Shown in pieces: positions 24,265-32,142 of a DNA stretch of 45,861 nucleotides. The notes below the pieces were generated by a model. The model saw only the letters and a program-made list of their open reading frames with translations, was not told the DNA's origin and did not search any database. The DNA is from Rickettsiales bacterium (GTDB lineage Bacteria > Pseudomonadota > Alphaproteobacteria > Rickettsiales > UBA1997): the NCBI GenBank assembly GCA_947425005.1, contig CANDYP010000002.1:1-45861 (forward strand), given 5' to 3'. How positions within the stretch are numbered: position 1 is the stretch's first letter; the number at the start of each line of letters is the position of its first letter. The translations under genes were made by a program, and so were the position numbers.

Positions 24265-24369
24265 TGCTAAAAAATAAAATATTTTTTGCGAGCCAACAGG
24301 CAGAAGGGTTTGAGCGGAGCAATTGTTGCCGCCGGCGGCAACAATTCAAAAAATATTCGTCAAAAATTC
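24265..24369. repeat. Family-C element copy 1 (conserved flanks plus variable GC hairpin)
   Basis: tgctaaaaaataaaatatttttt-gcgagccaacaggcagaagggtttgagcggagc-[aattgttgccgcc/ggcggcaacaatt]-caaaaaat... aligns with 39714-39813. Confidence 0.75.
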
Positions 24370-24407
24370 TTTAGAAGTGGGTAGGTTTGTGAGTTGTAGA
24401 AAAAGAT

Positions 24408-24625
24408 TGTATAACTCAAAAATATGTAAAAAATGAGTTATATACCCAACCTAATCCAAAACACCGAACTTCTGACTTCGCCTTTTTGGTAAAAATTTGC
24501 TCGGAAAACTTGGCTGTAGCACTTGCTACAGCCGGCGTTTTCTGTCGCAATTTTTCCTCAAAAATTCTCGTCATAAGTTCGGTGTTTTGAATCAGGTTGG
24601 GTATAGAAATAACTTTTATAACTCA
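24408..24625. repeat. Family-D large palindrome (~220 bp) abutting the fic start codon
   Basis: The arms tatacccaacctaatccaaaacaccgaactt (24441-24471) and aagttcggtgttttgaatcaggttgggtata (24575-24605) are inverted repeats. Outer tataactca/tgagttata motifs lie at 24410-24442 and 24617-24625. The central hairpin is ggctgtagca/tgctacagcc (24512-24533). Confidence 0.8.
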
Positions 24626-24632
24626 TGAATTT

Positions 24633-25745
24633 ATGAAAACTTGGAGTTGGGAGAAGAAAGGGTGGCCGGGATTTACCTTTGATGAAGGTGTTTTGAAGGG
24701 CGCAGAATCTAGCTTTCTGACTAACGCCGGATTATTTACCGGCGTTTTAAAACATAGTTCTGACGACGACAAAAACTCTCTAAAAATCAGTTTAATCGGA
24801 AGCGAGGCTTACAAGACTTCAGAAATTGAAGGAGAAATTCTTGATCGCGAAAGCTTGCAATCTTCGATCCGCCGTAATTTTGGACTTGCCCCTACAGCAA
24901 AAAAATCCAGCAAAAAAGATGCCAAGCTTGCCGAAGAAGGCGTTGCTGAAATGATGTCGGATCTTTACCGAAATTTTGCCAAGCCACTGACTCACGCCCA
25001 ACTTTTTTCGTGGCATGAAATGCTGATGAAAGGCCGCAAAGACTTGAAAATAGCGGCTTACCGCACTCACTTAGATCCGATGCAAGTTGTCTCAGGGAAA
25101 ATTCACGCTCCCAAAATTCACTTCGAAGCGCCACCGTCGAAACAGATAAAAAGTGAAATGAGTGACTTCATTAAATGGTTTAACGGCAGCAAAAATTTAC
25201 CAATTTTAACTCGCGCTGCCATCGCCCATCTTCATTTTATTTTGATCCATCCTTTTGAAGACGGCAACGGACGTATTGCCCGCGCACTCACGATTAAAGC
25301 GCTTTCGCAAGGTTTGAATCAATCAAGTTTGATTTCGCTTTCTCACGCGATTCAAAGTAAAAAGAAAAAATATTACGACGCGCTTGAGGCCAGCAACAGA
25401 TCGCTCGAAATCAATAATTGGCTTGGCTATTTTTCAAAAACAATTTTGGAAGCGCAGGGCTATTCACAAGCTTTGGTTGAGCTCTCAATCACAAAAAATA
25501 ATTTATTCAAAACTCTGCAAGGCCGCTTAAATGAACGGCAAATCAAGGTTTTGAACCGCATGTTCCAAGAAGGTCCTAAAGGTTTTGACGGCGGATTGAG
25601 TGCAGAAAATTACATTAAAATTACCAAAACTTCACGCGCTACGGCGACTCGTGATTTACAAGATTTACTTGAAATGAAAGCGCTGAAAAAAACCGGCGAA
25701 GGCCGTTGGACGCGCTATTTTCCTAAGACTCAGGACGGGTTCTAA
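24633..25745 (+). CDS. Fic-family protein (DUF4172-type N-terminus, class II intramolecular inhibitory motif, C-terminal wHTH)
   Basis: Fic motif HPFEDGNGRIAR (25248-25283). Inhibitory [ST]xxxE[GN] motif TSEIEG (24816-24833). The N-terminus MKTWSWEKKGWPGF is typical of DUF4172-Fic proteins. The TTG at 24597 in the ORF track would translate the repeat and is less likely. Confidence 0.88.
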   Translation: MKTWSWEKKGWPGFTFDEGVLKGAESSFLTNAGLFTGVLKHSSDDDKNSLKISLIGSEAYKTSEIEGEILDRESLQSSIRRNFGLAPTAKKSSKKDAKLAEEGVAEMMSDLYRNFAKPLTHAQLFSWHEMLMKGRKDLKIAAYRTHLDPMQVVSGKIHAPKIHFEAPPSKQIKSEMSDFIKWFNGSKNLPILTRAAIAHLHFILIHPFEDGNGRIARALTIKALSQGLNQSSLISLSHAIQSKKKKYYDALEASNRSLEINNWLGYFSKTILEAQGYSQALVELSITKNNLFKTLQGRLNERQIKVLNRMFQEGPKGFDGGLSAENYIKITKTSRATATRDLQDLLEMKALKKTGEGRWTRYFPKTQDGF

Positions 25746-25762
25746 CATCAACGCCGCTAAAA

Positions 25763-26134
25763 ATGATTAGATTTATTATTTTGATGATCGTGACGATTTT
25801 TGTTTCGGCGGTGATTCGCGTTTTGATTACGGGGTCGGAGGATGTTAGTGACAAGAAAGACGCGGTTTATTTTGTGACGGCGGAGAAGGGCGCCATTGGG
25901 TGTTTGTCGAAAGAGGCCTTTAGAGAAGAAGAAGGATATTACACGAAGGGTGATTTTGCGGCGGCGCAGAAAATGCTGGATGAGAAGATTTGTTTCTTTT
26001 TGGCGAAGGGGGTGAAGATGTTCGCGCCAGAGGGGACGTGCTCGGCGCGTGACAAAGACAGCGATTTATTTCCGTTCAAGCCCAATGATTTTATGATGTT
26101 GCAGCCTTATTTGCCTTGCTCGGCGGTGCGGTAA
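25763..26134 (+). CDS. Hypothetical membrane-anchored small protein (4 Cys)
   Basis: 123-aa ORF starting 17 nt after the fic stop. N-terminal TM helix IRFIILMIVTIFVSAVIRVLI. No motif I recognise. Confidence 0.5.
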   Translation: MIRFIILMIVTIFVSAVIRVLITGSEDVSDKKDAVYFVTAEKGAIGCLSKEAFREEEGYYTKGDFAAAQKMLDEKICFFLAKGVKMFAPEGTCSARDKDSDLFPFKPNDFMMLQPYLPCSAVR

Positions 26135-26136
26135 AA

Positions 26137-26156
26137 GCCTCCTTTTGCAAAGGAGG
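26137..26156. terminator. Solo family-B terminal hairpin between convergent genes
   Basis: gcctcc-ttttgcaa-aggagg is identical to the terminal hairpin of the family-B copy at 32112-32131. It abuts the uup stop codon at 26157. Confidence 0.5.
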
Positions 26157-27971
26157 TTATCCCTCAAGCTCCAGCCAGCGCTCTTCCGCAGCATCTAATT
26201 CTTTTTGGTGTTTGGCGATTTCCATTGCGATGTGGGCTAGATTTGCGGGGTTTCGGTCTTCAGTCTCGCTGAGCTCTTCACTTAATTCGCGAATTTTTAT
26301 TTCTAATTTTTCGATTTTTGCCGGAAGTTTTTCGAGCTCAAATTTGTGTTTGTAAGAAACTTTTTTTGGCTGCTCCGGCTTCTTAACTTCCACCATTTCC
26401 AGCTTAGTTCTTGCTTCTCTAGCCTGAGTATCTTGCTCAAAAATAACCTGCTGCTGATATTTTTCTTTGTACTCAATGTAGTCCGAATATCCGCCGACGT
26501 GAGTCGTAATTTCGCCGTCTCCTTCAAAAGCCAAAATCGAAGTCGCAACATTATCCAAAAAGTCGCGATCGTGCGAGACCACGATTAGTGTGCCTTCGTA
26601 CTTCTCCAAATAATCTTGCAACATGTCGAGCGAGTCCATGTCGAGGTCGTTTGTTGGCTCATCCAAAATCATAAAATTTCCGGGATTGGCCAAAGTTTTC
26701 GCCAGCAGTAAACGGTTTTGTTGCCCACCGGACAAGGTTCCGGCCAATGTCACGACATCTTTGGGATCGAATAAAAAATCCTTCATGTAGCCGCAAATGT
26801 GGCGTACTTTGCCGTTGCCGAGTTGAACGTAATCGCCGCCGGAATCGCAGAGAATTTCTTGAATTGTGGAGTGGGGTTTGATTTTGCTGCGGCCTTGATC
26901 GAAGTAGGCGATGCTTATGTCGCGGGCGGGTTTGACGGTGCCGGAATCTGGCCCTAATTCGCTGATCATCATTTTCAGCATCGTTGATTTCCCTGAACCG
27001 TTTTTGCCAATGATGCCGATTTTTTCGCCGCGTAAAATTTTTAGAGAAAATTTGTTAACAAGATTTTTTCCGCCGAAACCTTTACTAACATTGTTGAAGC
27101 TTAGAATCACCTGCGGCGCATCCTCTTCGACTTTTTGTGATTCGATTTTCATGTAGCTCTGATTGGCGCGGACTAATTTTTTTTGTGCTTCTAATTTGCC
27201 GCGTAGTTCCTGCAAATAATGCAAGCGCCCAATATTTCTCTTCCTTCTCCCAGTTACTCCCGTCTGCAACCAGCCGCTTTCCAATTTTACTTTTTTCTGC
27301 AAATTGTCGAGCTCGCGTTGCTCGTGTTCAATAATTTTTTGCGACCATTCATCGAAGTCTCTGTAGCCCTGATGATTGATTTGCAGTTTATTAGCGCGCA
27401 GCCAAAAAACTTTATTCGAAACTTTTTCTAAAAATTTGCGATCGTGCGAGATCACGATTAGCGCGCCTTGATAGGCTTGCAGATAGCCTTCCAGCCATTC
27501 AATGATGTGTAGATCTAAATGGTTAGTCGGCTCATCCAACATTAAAATGTCGGGCTCTAAAACCAAAGCGCGCGCCAAATTTACGCGACGTTTTTGACCG
27601 CCGGAAAGCGTGTGGGTGAGGGCTTCTTTGTCGAGTTGTAATTGTTCGCAAACGATGTCGACGACGTAAGATTTGTGCTCGTCAATTTTTAAGCCATCCA
27701 TGATGAAGTCAAAGACGGTGCGGTTTGCGGGCAGGTGTTCACTTTGCGAAAGATAGCCGATGACGGAGTTGGGAGTGACCCAGCGTTCGCCGCAATCAAG
27801 ATCAAATTGGCCGACAATTGCATTCATCAAGGTAGTTTTTCCGACGCCATTTTTCCCGATCAAACAAATGCGATCGCGCGGAAAAAGATTGAGGTGCAGA
27901 TTTTCGAAAAGAACTTTTTTAGCGAAAGAAATTGTGGCTTCGCGAATTGACAGGACGGGGGAGGATTTCAT
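26157..27971 (-). CDS. uup: ABC-F family ATPase (Uup-like)
   Basis: 604 aa. Two ABC cassettes (GKNGVGKTT / GKNGSGKST, LSGGQKRR / LSGGQQNR), no TM domain, and a C-terminal coiled-coil tail. Confidence 0.88.
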   Translation of the reverse strand: MKSSPVLSIREATISFAKKVLFENLHLNLFPRDRICLIGKNGVGKTTLMNAIVGQFDLDCGERWVTPNSVIGYLSQSEHLPANRTVFDFIMDGLKIDEHKSYVVDIVCEQLQLDKEALTHTLSGGQKRRVNLARALVLEPDILMLDEPTNHLDLHIIEWLEGYLQAYQGALIVISHDRKFLEKVSNKVFWLRANKLQINHQGYRDFDEWSQKIIEHEQRELDNLQKKVKLESGWLQTGVTGRRKRNIGRLHYLQELRGKLEAQKKLVRANQSYMKIESQKVEEDAPQVILSFNNVSKGFGGKNLVNKFSLKILRGEKIGIIGKNGSGKSTMLKMMISELGPDSGTVKPARDISIAYFDQGRSKIKPHSTIQEILCDSGGDYVQLGNGKVRHICGYMKDFLFDPKDVVTLAGTLSGGQQNRLLLAKTLANPGNFMILDEPTNDLDMDSLDMLQDYLEKYEGTLIVVSHDRDFLDNVATSILAFEGDGEITTHVGGYSDYIEYKEKYQQQVIFEQDTQAREARTKLEMVEVKKPEQPKKVSYKHKFELEKLPAKIEKLEIKIRELSEELSETEDRNPANLAHIAMEIAKHQKELDAAEERWLELEG

Positions 27972-28007
27972 TTATTTTTGATTTGGGGGGAAATAGGTTT
28001 TGAATTC

Positions 28008-28105
28008 GTGACCAAGAACCCCCCTACCCCCCTTGTCAGGGGGGCTTTAAACCGAGCTCGGAAAAGCCCCCCTGACAAGGGGGGTAGGGGGGTTTCTTTA
28101 GTTAC
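28008..28105. repeat. Family-A GC-rich palindromic element, full copy
   Basis: gtgaccaagaacccccctaccccccttgtcaggggggctttaaaccgagctcggaaaagcccccctgacaaggggggtaggggggtttctttagttac. It occupies most of the divergent uup/copA spacer. Confidence 0.9.
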
Positions 28106-28143
28106 AGAAGAAAGAAAATTCTAGCCCCCTCATCCAGTAAGTC

Positions 28144-29673
28144 ATGAAATTATTTTTTTATTTTGCTTTCGCGATTCTGCTGCAAGCCGCACCAGTCTTG
28201 GCTAAAACTTACGACCTCGAAATCAAAAAGCAGAAAGTTTTTGTCACGGGAAAGGCGGTTGAGGCATTTACAATCAACGACACGATTCCTGGTCCAACCT
28301 TGCGCTTCAAGGAGGGAGAGGATGTTGAGATTCGCGTAAAAAATTCTTCCGATGAGACAACTTCGATTCATTGGCACGGAATTTTACTGCCGGGCAAGAT
28401 GGATGGTGTGCCCGGACTCAACGGTTTTGAAGGCATCGCGCCGGGTAAAACTTTTACTTACAAATTCAAAATTCGCCAAAACGGAACTTACTGGTACCAC
28501 TCGCATTCGAACCTGCAGGAGCAGCGTGGAATGTACGGGGCGATTGTGATTGAGCCGCGTAATTCTAAGCCTCAACCCGATCACGTGATTTTACTTTCCG
28601 ACTTTTCCGAAGAAAATCCGCAGCGAATTTTAGACAATCTCAAACTCGATTCCGGCTACTACAATTACAACAAACGTACGATTTTTACTTTCTTCAGCGA
28701 CGTCAAAAAAGACGGATTTTTTGCGACGTTAAAAGATCGAATGTCTTGGGGTCAGATGCGGATGGATCCTACGGATCTCTCGGATGTCAGTCGTTACCAT
28801 TTTTTAATTAACGACAAAACGGCGCAGCAAAATTATTGGATACCGACGACGGAAAAATGGACTCGCCTTCGCTTCATCAACGCCGGCGCAATGACTTTTT
28901 TTGACGTTTCGATTCCTAATTTAAAAATGAAAGTAGCCGCCGCGGATGGTCAAAACATTAAGCCCGTAACGGTTGACGAATTCAGAATTGCCCCGGCAGA
29001 AACTTACGATGTGATCGTTGAACCTAAGAACGACAAGGCTTACACGATTTTCGCCGAGTCGATTGATCGCACCGGATATGCTCGCGCAACGCTTGCACCA
29101 AGGCCAGACATGATCGCAGAAATTCCGGCAATGCGCCCACGAACCTTGTTAACAATGTCTGACATGGCGATGAATTCTAAGATGGGCGAGATGGACATGA
29201 GTGCAAAAAGCGGTTGGGCTAATGCTTCAACTCCCGCGGGACACAAGGCTTTGAGCTATTCCGATTTAATTTCTGCAACGCCGCAAAAAGATTTGCGTGA
29301 GCCGATTCGCGAAATTGAATTTCGTTTTGGTGGCACGATGAATCGCTACATTTGGACGATTAACGGCGAAAAATTTCCCTCACCGATTCACTTAAAATTC
29401 GGCGAGCGCGTGCGTTTGAAATTTATTAACGAGACGATGATGGCCCATCCGGTGCACCTTCACGGCATGTTCGTGCAATTAGAAAATGGCCAGCCAATGA
29501 AGTGGATGCCAAATAAACACACGGTGATCGCACCTCCCGGGCAAACGGTTTCAACGCTTTTGACGGTGGATGAAGAAGGCGAGTGGGCCTTTCATTGCCA
29601 CCTGCTTTACCACATGGCGACGGGGATGATGAGTAGTGTTACGGTTGAGAGGGGCGAAAAAAATGTTGAGTAA
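28144..29673 (+). CDS. copA: Copper-resistance multicopper oxidase
   Basis: 509 aa with a signal peptide. Cu-site motifs HWHG, WYHSH, HPVHLHG and HCHLLYHMATGMM, plus a short Met-rich stretch. Confidence 0.9.
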   Translation: MKLFFYFAFAILLQAAPVLAKTYDLEIKKQKVFVTGKAVEAFTINDTIPGPTLRFKEGEDVEIRVKNSSDETTSIHWHGILLPGKMDGVPGLNGFEGIAPGKTFTYKFKIRQNGTYWYHSHSNLQEQRGMYGAIVIEPRNSKPQPDHVILLSDFSEENPQRILDNLKLDSGYYNYNKRTIFTFFSDVKKDGFFATLKDRMSWGQMRMDPTDLSDVSRYHFLINDKTAQQNYWIPTTEKWTRLRFINAGAMTFFDVSIPNLKMKVAAADGQNIKPVTVDEFRIAPAETYDVIVEPKNDKAYTIFAESIDRTGYARATLAPRPDMIAEIPAMRPRTLLTMSDMAMNSKMGEMDMSAKSGWANASTPAGHKALSYSDLISATPQKDLREPIREIEFRFGGTMNRYIWTINGEKFPSPIHLKFGERVRLKFINETMMAHPVHLHGMFVQLENGQPMKWMPNKHTVIAPPGQTVSTLLTVDEEGEWAFHCHLLYHMATGMMSSVTVERGEKNVE

Positions 29674-30535
29674 AATTCAAAATCACCTCCAGCCGCATTA
29701 CCCCCTGCTGTCAGTTGAGCAACAACCCCTTCCGTCGGTTGAGCGGAGTCGAAACCCCGTGAGTTCGGCTTCATTACCGCAGCCAAACTCACGTAGTTTC
29801 AGCTCCGCTCAACCGACGGCTGGGGTTTTTTTAATTTTATTATTTCTACTCTTCGCCCCACAAAATCTTTTCGCCGCAATGAATCACGGCTCTGATCACC
29901 AGCAAATTTTTCACGCTTTTATTTTGGAGGGCGATGTCGGTCACGATCACGATGGATCAGCCAAGGCATTGAGTTTAAACGGTTGGATAGGCGGTGATCT
30001 AAATCGTCTTTGGATCAAAAACGAAACGAAGTCTTTTGGAAAATACGACACTCAAAATGAAACTCAGCTGCTTTACGGCAGAAATATTTCGCAATTTTGG
30101 GACGCACAAATTGGGGTTCGTCACGACATTAAAACCGACTTTTCTTCTCACAGCGTAGATTACTTAACCCTTGGCCTTGAAGGCTTAGCGCCTTATCTTT
30201 TTGAAACCGAGGCGCAAGTTTTTGTCAGTAATGAAGGAAATTACAGCGCGCATTTAAAGCAAGAATTTGACATTTTTCTGACGCAAAAATTAATCACTCA
30301 ACCTTATTTCGAAGCCGATTTTTTTGCGCAAAATGTACCGAAATTGAAAGTGAGTTCTGGTCTGTCAGAGGTTGAGATTGGCCTGTTGACGCGTTACGAA
30401 ATCACTCGCCGTTTTGCGCCGTATTTCGCCGTGCGCTACAATCGCAAAACTTTCGGCACGGCGGATTTAGCTAAACAATACGGCGATCGAGTTGGCGATT
30501 TTATTGCCGGGGCGGGTTTGCGGTTGAGGTTTTGA
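29663..30535 (+). CDS. copB: Copper-resistance outer-membrane protein CopB, with a repeat-derived N-terminal extension
   Basis: The ATG at 29663 overlaps the copA stop by 11 nt. The CopB core is WIGGDLNRLWIKNE...LLYGRNISQFWDAQIGVRHD...YFAVRY, ending in RF. The hydrophobic signal segment (GVFLILLFLLFAPQNLFA) lies ~55 aa from the ATG. Confidence 0.78.
   Translation: MLSKIQNHLQPHYPLLSVEQQPLPSVERSRNPVSSASLPQPNSRSFSSAQPTAGVFLILLFLLFAPQNLFAAMNHGSDHQQIFHAFILEGDVGHDHDGSAKALSLNGWIGGDLNRLWIKNETKSFGKYDTQNETQLLYGRNISQFWDAQIGVRHDIKTDFSSHSVDYLTLGLEGLAPYLFETEAQVFVSNEGNYSAHLKQEFDIFLTQKLITQPYFEADFFAQNVPKLKVSSGLSEVEIGLLTRYEITRRFAPYFAVRYNRKTFGTADLAKQYGDRVGDFIAGAGLRLRF
29726..29825. repeat. ~100-bp palindromic element inside the copB 5' coding region
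   Basis: ccccttccgtcggttgagcggag (29726-29748) is the reverse complement of ctccgctcaaccgacggctgggg (29803-29825). The inner pair is cgtgagtt/aactcacg. A T7 run follows. There is a partial tandem copy, gtcagttgagcaaca, just upstream. Confidence 0.8.
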
Positions 30536-30559
30536 AGTGCTTTTTAGATTTACGTTTTT

Positions 30560-30665
30560 AGGTTAAGACGAGAAACCCCCCTACCCCCCTTATCAGGGGG
30601 GCTTTGATCGAGTTCGGTTTAAGCCCCCCTGACAAGGGGGGTAGGGGGGTTTCTCGTCCCAACCT
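30560..30665. repeat. Family-A GC-rich palindromic element, full copy
   Basis: aggttaagacgagaaacccccctaccccccttatcaggggggctttgatcgagttcggtttaagcccccctgacaaggggggtaggggggtttctcgtcccaacct, between the copB stop and the M16 peptidase start. Confidence 0.92.
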
Positions 30666-30680
30666 CATAATCCCCCCCAA

Positions 30681-31940
30681 ATGACAAAAGAAATAATCAC
30701 CCTGCCAAACGGCTTGCGCGTTGCTGTTGATGAAATGAAAGAAGTGGAAACCGTGTCGGTTGGTGTGTTTGTGAACACCGGAAGTCGCAACGAAATTCCG
30801 GAAATTAACGGCATCTCACACTTCCTTGAGCACATGGCGTTCAAGGGCACAGCAAAAAGATCGGCGCGACAAATTGCAGAAGAATTTGAAGGAATTGGTG
30901 GTCGGATTAACGCTTACACCTCGAAAGAAAAAACAGTTTACTACGCCAAAGTATTGAAGAAACACGCCGAGTTCGCGGTCGAATTTCTGGCCGACATTTT
31001 ACAGAACTCAACTTTCGATTCAGTGGAATTGGAAAAAGAACGCGGTGTAATTTTGCAAGAAATCGCAATGACCAACGACACGCCGGACGACATTGTTTTC
31101 GATTATTTTCAAGAAGCGGCTTACCCTACACAAGCCCTTGGGCGTTCGATCTTAGGCCCTGTCAAAAACATTAAAAAATTCGGGCGCGATCATTTTGTCG
31201 ACTACATTGCCAAGCAATACAACTACCAAAACATGTGTGTAGTTGCGGCGGGAAATATTAAAGAAGCAGATTTGGTGAAGTGGACGAAAAAATATTTCAA
31301 CCAACTTGGCGACAATAAAATCAAGCCTGTAGAGGCGGCGAAATATTCTGGTGGTGATTTCAGAAAAGAAAAAAAGCTCGAGCAAATTAATTTAGTGATG
31401 GGCTTCAAAGGCTTGCCTTATTTGCACAAAGACTATTACGCCTCGCAAATTTTGGCGATGGTTTTGGGGGGAGGAATGTCTTCGCGATTGTTTCAAGAAG
31501 TGCGGGAGAATCGCGGATTGGCCTATTCGGTTTACGCTTTCAACTACTCGCATCACGATTCTGGATTGTTTGGAATTTACGCCGGAACGACACCGGAAAA
31601 AACTAACGAATTAATTTCGGCGACTTGCTCCGAAGTTAAAAAAATCTGCGAAAAAATTTCCGACAAAGAATTGCAAAGAGTGAGAACGCAATTTGAAGCG
31701 AGCTTGTTAATGGCGAAAGAAAGCACGAGCACGAGAATGCAAAAACTCGGCGGCGACATTTTTTCGCACGGTCGTTTGATTTCGGATGAAGAGATTTTGA
31801 AAAAAGTTTTGGCGGTGAAAAAGGCGGATGTGACAAGAATTGCGGAAGAAATTTTTAGCGGCTCGAAGCCGACATTCGCGGCGGTGGGGAAGGTGGCTAA
31901 GGTGATGGAGCTTACGAAGGTGCGGAAGTTGTTTAAGTAG
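30681..31940 (+). CDS. M16-family zinc peptidase (mitochondrial-processing-peptidase-like)
   Basis: 419 aa. Inverted zincin motif HFLEHMAFKG with a downstream E (GVILQEI), and the two-domain M16 layout. Confidence 0.9.
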   Translation: MTKEIITLPNGLRVAVDEMKEVETVSVGVFVNTGSRNEIPEINGISHFLEHMAFKGTAKRSARQIAEEFEGIGGRINAYTSKEKTVYYAKVLKKHAEFAVEFLADILQNSTFDSVELEKERGVILQEIAMTNDTPDDIVFDYFQEAAYPTQALGRSILGPVKNIKKFGRDHFVDYIAKQYNYQNMCVVAAGNIKEADLVKWTKKYFNQLGDNKIKPVEAAKYSGGDFRKEKKLEQINLVMGFKGLPYLHKDYYASQILAMVLGGGMSSRLFQEVRENRGLAYSVYAFNYSHHDSGLFGIYAGTTPEKTNELISATCSEVKKICEKISDKELQRVRTQFEASLLMAKESTSTRMQKLGGDIFSHGRLISDEEILKKVLAVKKADVTRIAEEIFSGSKPTFAAVGKVAKVMELTKVRKLFK

Positions 31941-31955
31941 ATCTCGATCAGGAGA

Positions 31956-32131
31956 CCTCCTTTGAAAAAGGCTTCGAGCGTTAAGAAAACAGCCTAAACG
32001 GCTGTTTTTAGCGAGAAGGCGAGGAGCGCCGGAGGATTTGGCGCAACAAACGCGGTTTGTTTTAGCTTAAACCGAACTCGGTTGTGCCAAATCCTCCGTC
32101 GCTACGCGCCACCTCCTTTTGCAAAGGAGGC
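31956..32131. repeat. Family-B nested palindromic element (~176 bp), orientation 2
   Basis: cctcctttgaaaaaggctt...gccaaatcctccgtcgctacgcgccacctccttttgcaaaggaggc. It is the reverse-complement homologue of 21313-21485 and lies between the convergent M16 peptidase and OMP genes. Confidence 0.85.
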
Positions 32132-32142
32132 TTTAGATCGAG

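Noticed and set aside
24597-24632. TTG start for fic giving MGIEITFITHEF...
   Set aside because: These codons are the right arm of the family-D palindrome. DUF4172-type Fic proteins typically begin M-K-x-W-x-W, as obtained from ATG 24633.
28021-28095. G-quadruplex / i-motif potential of the G6 and C6 runs in family A
   Set aside because: Every G-run has a complementary C-run positioned for duplex hairpin formation, which should dominate. Nothing in the sequence itself favours a G4.
29636-29662. ORF-track start of copB at 29636 (MLRLRGAKK...), and the 61-aa minus-strand ORF at 29607-29792
   Set aside because: The 29636 start lies well inside the copA coding region, so the ATG at 29663 (the usual short overlap with the copA stop) is more plausible. 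The minus-strand ORF is simply the palindrome read backwards.
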